The notes below the pieces were generated by a model. The model was given only the letters and a program-made list of their open reading frames with translations. It ran no database searches and was not told the origin of the DNA. A stretch of 29,000 nucleotides of DNA from Promethearchaeati archaeon. GTDB taxonomy: Archaea > Asgardarchaeota > Heimdallarchaeia > JABLTI01. Position 1 is the stretch's first letter. Each line of letters begins with the position of its first letter. Location of the stretch: positions 1 to 29,000 of the forward strand of contig JABLTI010000026.1 in the NCBI GenBank assembly GCA_013166835.1. The letters run 5' to 3'. Made by a program: the position numbers and the translations under genes. Shown piece by piece: positions 26,715 through 29,000 of this stretch.

Positions 26715-29000
26715 ATGGGAAAAATCAATGAACGCTTTAAATTAAATTTAAAATTCATTGGAATTAGTAAAAGATTAGCTATCATTACAATTGTAGGATT
26801 AAGCATTAGCATTGCAATGATAACTCAGAATATCTTTTTCCTAGACAGTTTTCGGAACAATGCTTTCAGTGAGTTTGCTGCTAATACAACCGATACTTAT
26901 GTGGAAGCACAGATTGATAATGTGAGATACCCCGGTAGTCAGTTTCAACAAATTTTAGAGGCATCAATAATCAATGAACTTGAAGAAGCTGGTTTTGTTG
27001 AGGAGGACCTGGCATTCCAAGAATGGATATCATTTAGATTTTTCTACTTATTACTTTATAATGAAATATTTCAACAAAATGAATTTCATGATACTTATGT
27101 CATAGGTATAGACCGACAGTATTTGAATTTAGGAGTACTGGATGGCTTGATGTCTGAAGGAACAGCTCCTAATCCCGGAGAATTCGCCATTATTACTAAT
27201 ACCCAAACTTTAGAAGAAACTAACCTAAACATCAGTGACACATATAGCGCTTATATTAAGCTTGATGAACGAGGAAACCCTTGGGATTCGTATCAAGCTG
27301 GATTAGGAAATGCTGGTCAAGTTATTGGTTTTAGTGGAATAATAAATATTGATGATATAATCTACAACACGCAAAATATTCCCCCAGAGTTAATGAATCT
27401 AATAACTATGGTTTTAAGTTTAGGTCAAGAAGTAATTATTACTAATTTTGAAAATGTACTAAATTTGGTGCAATCAATTTATCTTTCTAATTGGGAGTTT
27501 TCTGTTTTAGGGAGAATGATTTTTGATATTCAAAGATTTAGTGTATTTCAATTAGATGAACATTTAGGGAATTTGCAAGTTTTCATTAATCGTATTCAAG
27601 AGTCTCTTTTAAGTCTTGTAGATGTGTATTCGACTAACCATGAATTAAGTCTTAACACCAAAGTGCTACCATTATTGTCTAACTTTAGACGAGAGTATAG
27701 AATCTTTCAGATATTTCTACTAGTCTTTATGTTACCGACTTTAGGCATGGCGTTAACTCTTACGGCTTTTGCTAGTAACCAGGTTAAAAAACAAAGAGAT
27801 TTACAAGTGCATAATTTCCATCAAAGGGGATCGTCGAGGCAAATGCTCTTTGGTTTTATGGTTTTTGAGCTGGTTGTTTTCTCATTAATTGCTGTTTTAA
27901 TTGGATTGCTAATTGGTTGGCCTTATACCTTTGTTGCTTTGAAAAGTGATGAGTTCTTCAGTTTTGGAGCAAATGCAGGTGAGTTTGCTTTAAACTTACA
28001 AACAATTGGAATTTGTTTAGCTATTGGATTTGGGATTGCTTTCCTATCCAATATATTCTCTCTTTGGAGAAAAACTAAAACATCAGTAGAGGAAGCATTG
28101 CAAGAGCGAATTGAAAAACCTCCCTTCTGGGAACGCTTCTATGTGGATTTCTTTGTCCTATTCCTTGGATTATTGATGTGGCTTATCTCCTTCTCACAGA
28201 TACAAGGAACGTCTGAGACAGCTATAGAGTTTGCTATCTTTTTTGCAGCTCCAGCTCCTATACTGATTATTGTTGGGGCAATTATGATTATTACAAGAAT
28301 TTATCCTATTATTGTAAGGTTCTTGTCTAATTTAATATTCAAAATTCCTAGACTGGAAATCTCCGCAGTTTCTGCAAGGAATGCTGTTAGGAGAAAAGGT
28401 TCTACCAGTAGAACTATAATTTTGATGACAATAACCTTCACATTAACAGTTGCAACTATGATTGTTCCTGATTCATATAGAGCATTTGATGTTGAAGATA
28501 ATTACTACAACCTAGGAGCCGACATTGTAGTTAATGGTGTGGATATATTAACTTCGACATATAAGGAAACCATTGAAGCTATGGACGGGATTGAAGCAGC
28601 AACCTATGTTGGCGTTTTGGAATTATCTAATACTGAAAGTGATCTTCTATATCAGATTAAAATAATGGGTATAGAACTGGATAATTATAGCAAAGCGGCA
28701 TTTCAGGAAAGTGAATATACGAATGGTAGAGGAATTGATGACTTAATAGATTCAATCGTAAATGATACTGATGTCATAGGACAACACAATGAAATAGATT
28801 TACTCTCCTTAAATGAAAATGGTACTTTTATTATTAGTAATTGGGTTTTAGAAGGGTCTGATGTTGTGGAAAGATTCTATCCAGTTCAAGTCGTTGATTA
28901 TTATGATTATTGGCCAACACTTTACAATACCGTTCCTCAAACAACAGCGAAAGAAATTAATGTTGGTTTGATTGGTAATCTTTCCTTGCCATTTTCAATT
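26715..29000 (+). CDS. FtsX/MacB-like ABC transporter permease, partial (runs off right edge)
   Basis: Not in the ORF track. MGKINERFKLNLKFIGISKRLAIITIVGLSISIAM, large extracytoplasmic domain, QRGSSRQML...E TM block, second repeat RNAVRRK...GADIVV. Appears open to the window end. Confidence 0.85.
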   Translation, partial: MGKINERFKLNLKFIGISKRLAIITIVGLSISIAMITQNIFFLDSFRNNAFSEFAANTTDTYVEAQIDNVRYPGSQFQQILEASIINELEEAGFVEEDLAFQEWISFRFFYLLLYNEIFQQNEFHDTYVIGIDRQYLNLGVLDGLMSEGTAPNPGEFAIITNTQTLEETNLNISDTYSAYIKLDERGNPWDSYQAGLGNAGQVIGFSGIINIDDIIYNTQNIPPELMNLITMVLSLGQEVIITNFENVLNLVQSIYLSNWEFSVLGRMIFDIQRFSVFQLDEHLGNLQVFINRIQESLLSLVDVYSTNHELSLNTKVLPLLSNFRREYRIFQIFLLVFMLPTLGMALTLTAFASNQVKKQRDLQVHNFHQRGSSRQMLFGFMVFELVVFSLIAVLIGLLIGWPYTFVALKSDEFFSFGANAGEFALNLQTIGICLAIGFGIAFLSNIFSLWRKTKTSVEEALQERIEKPPFWERFYVDFFVLFLGLLMWLISFSQIQGTSETAIEFAIFFAAPAPILIIVGAIMIITRIYPIIVRFLSNLIFKIPRLEISAVSARNAVRRKGSTSRTIILMTITFTLTVATMIVPDSYRAFDVEDNYYNLGADIVVNGVDILTSTYKETIEAMDGIEAATYVGVLELSNTESDLLYQIKIMGIELDNYSKAAFQESEYTNGRGIDDLIDSIVNDTDVIGQHNEIDLLSLNENGTFIISNWVLEGSDVVERFYPVQVVDYYDYWPTLYNTVPQTTAKEINVGLIGNLSLPFSI

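Overview
Low-GC archaeal chromosomal window. Gene content (archaeal HMG-CoA synthase/thiolase/DUF35 trio, RING-like proteins, a complete ubiquitin-like cascade, CTERM-anchored proteases) suggests an Asgard archaeon, probably Heimdallarchaeia-like; this assignment is inference. The main feature is a tightly packed nine-gene minus-strand operon (20922->12726). It encodes an SMC5/6-like ATPase, a kleisin-like protein, a KITE (Nse1/Nse3-like tandem winged helix), a RING-like Zn finger, a JAMM isopeptidase, an E1, a ubiquitin-like protein ending in Val-Gly, an E2 and a small acidic protein. This places an apparent archaeal SMC5/6-type complex beside its own conjugation/deconjugation machinery. SIM-like [IV]-x-I-[IL] motifs recur in the E2 tail, the acidic protein and the kleisin, and in a second module about 10 kb away (a paralogous Zn finger plus a transglutaminase-fold protein). 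The window also holds hisS, a tRNA-His with an A73 discriminator, two histidine ammonia-lyase-family genes (one with an in-frame rubredoxin insertion), DJ-1, DinB, PRC-barrel, clostripain and subtilase genes, and two partial membrane-protein genes at the edges. No CRISPR array, rRNA or mobile element was seen. All family calls come from reading motifs by eye; no database search was run.
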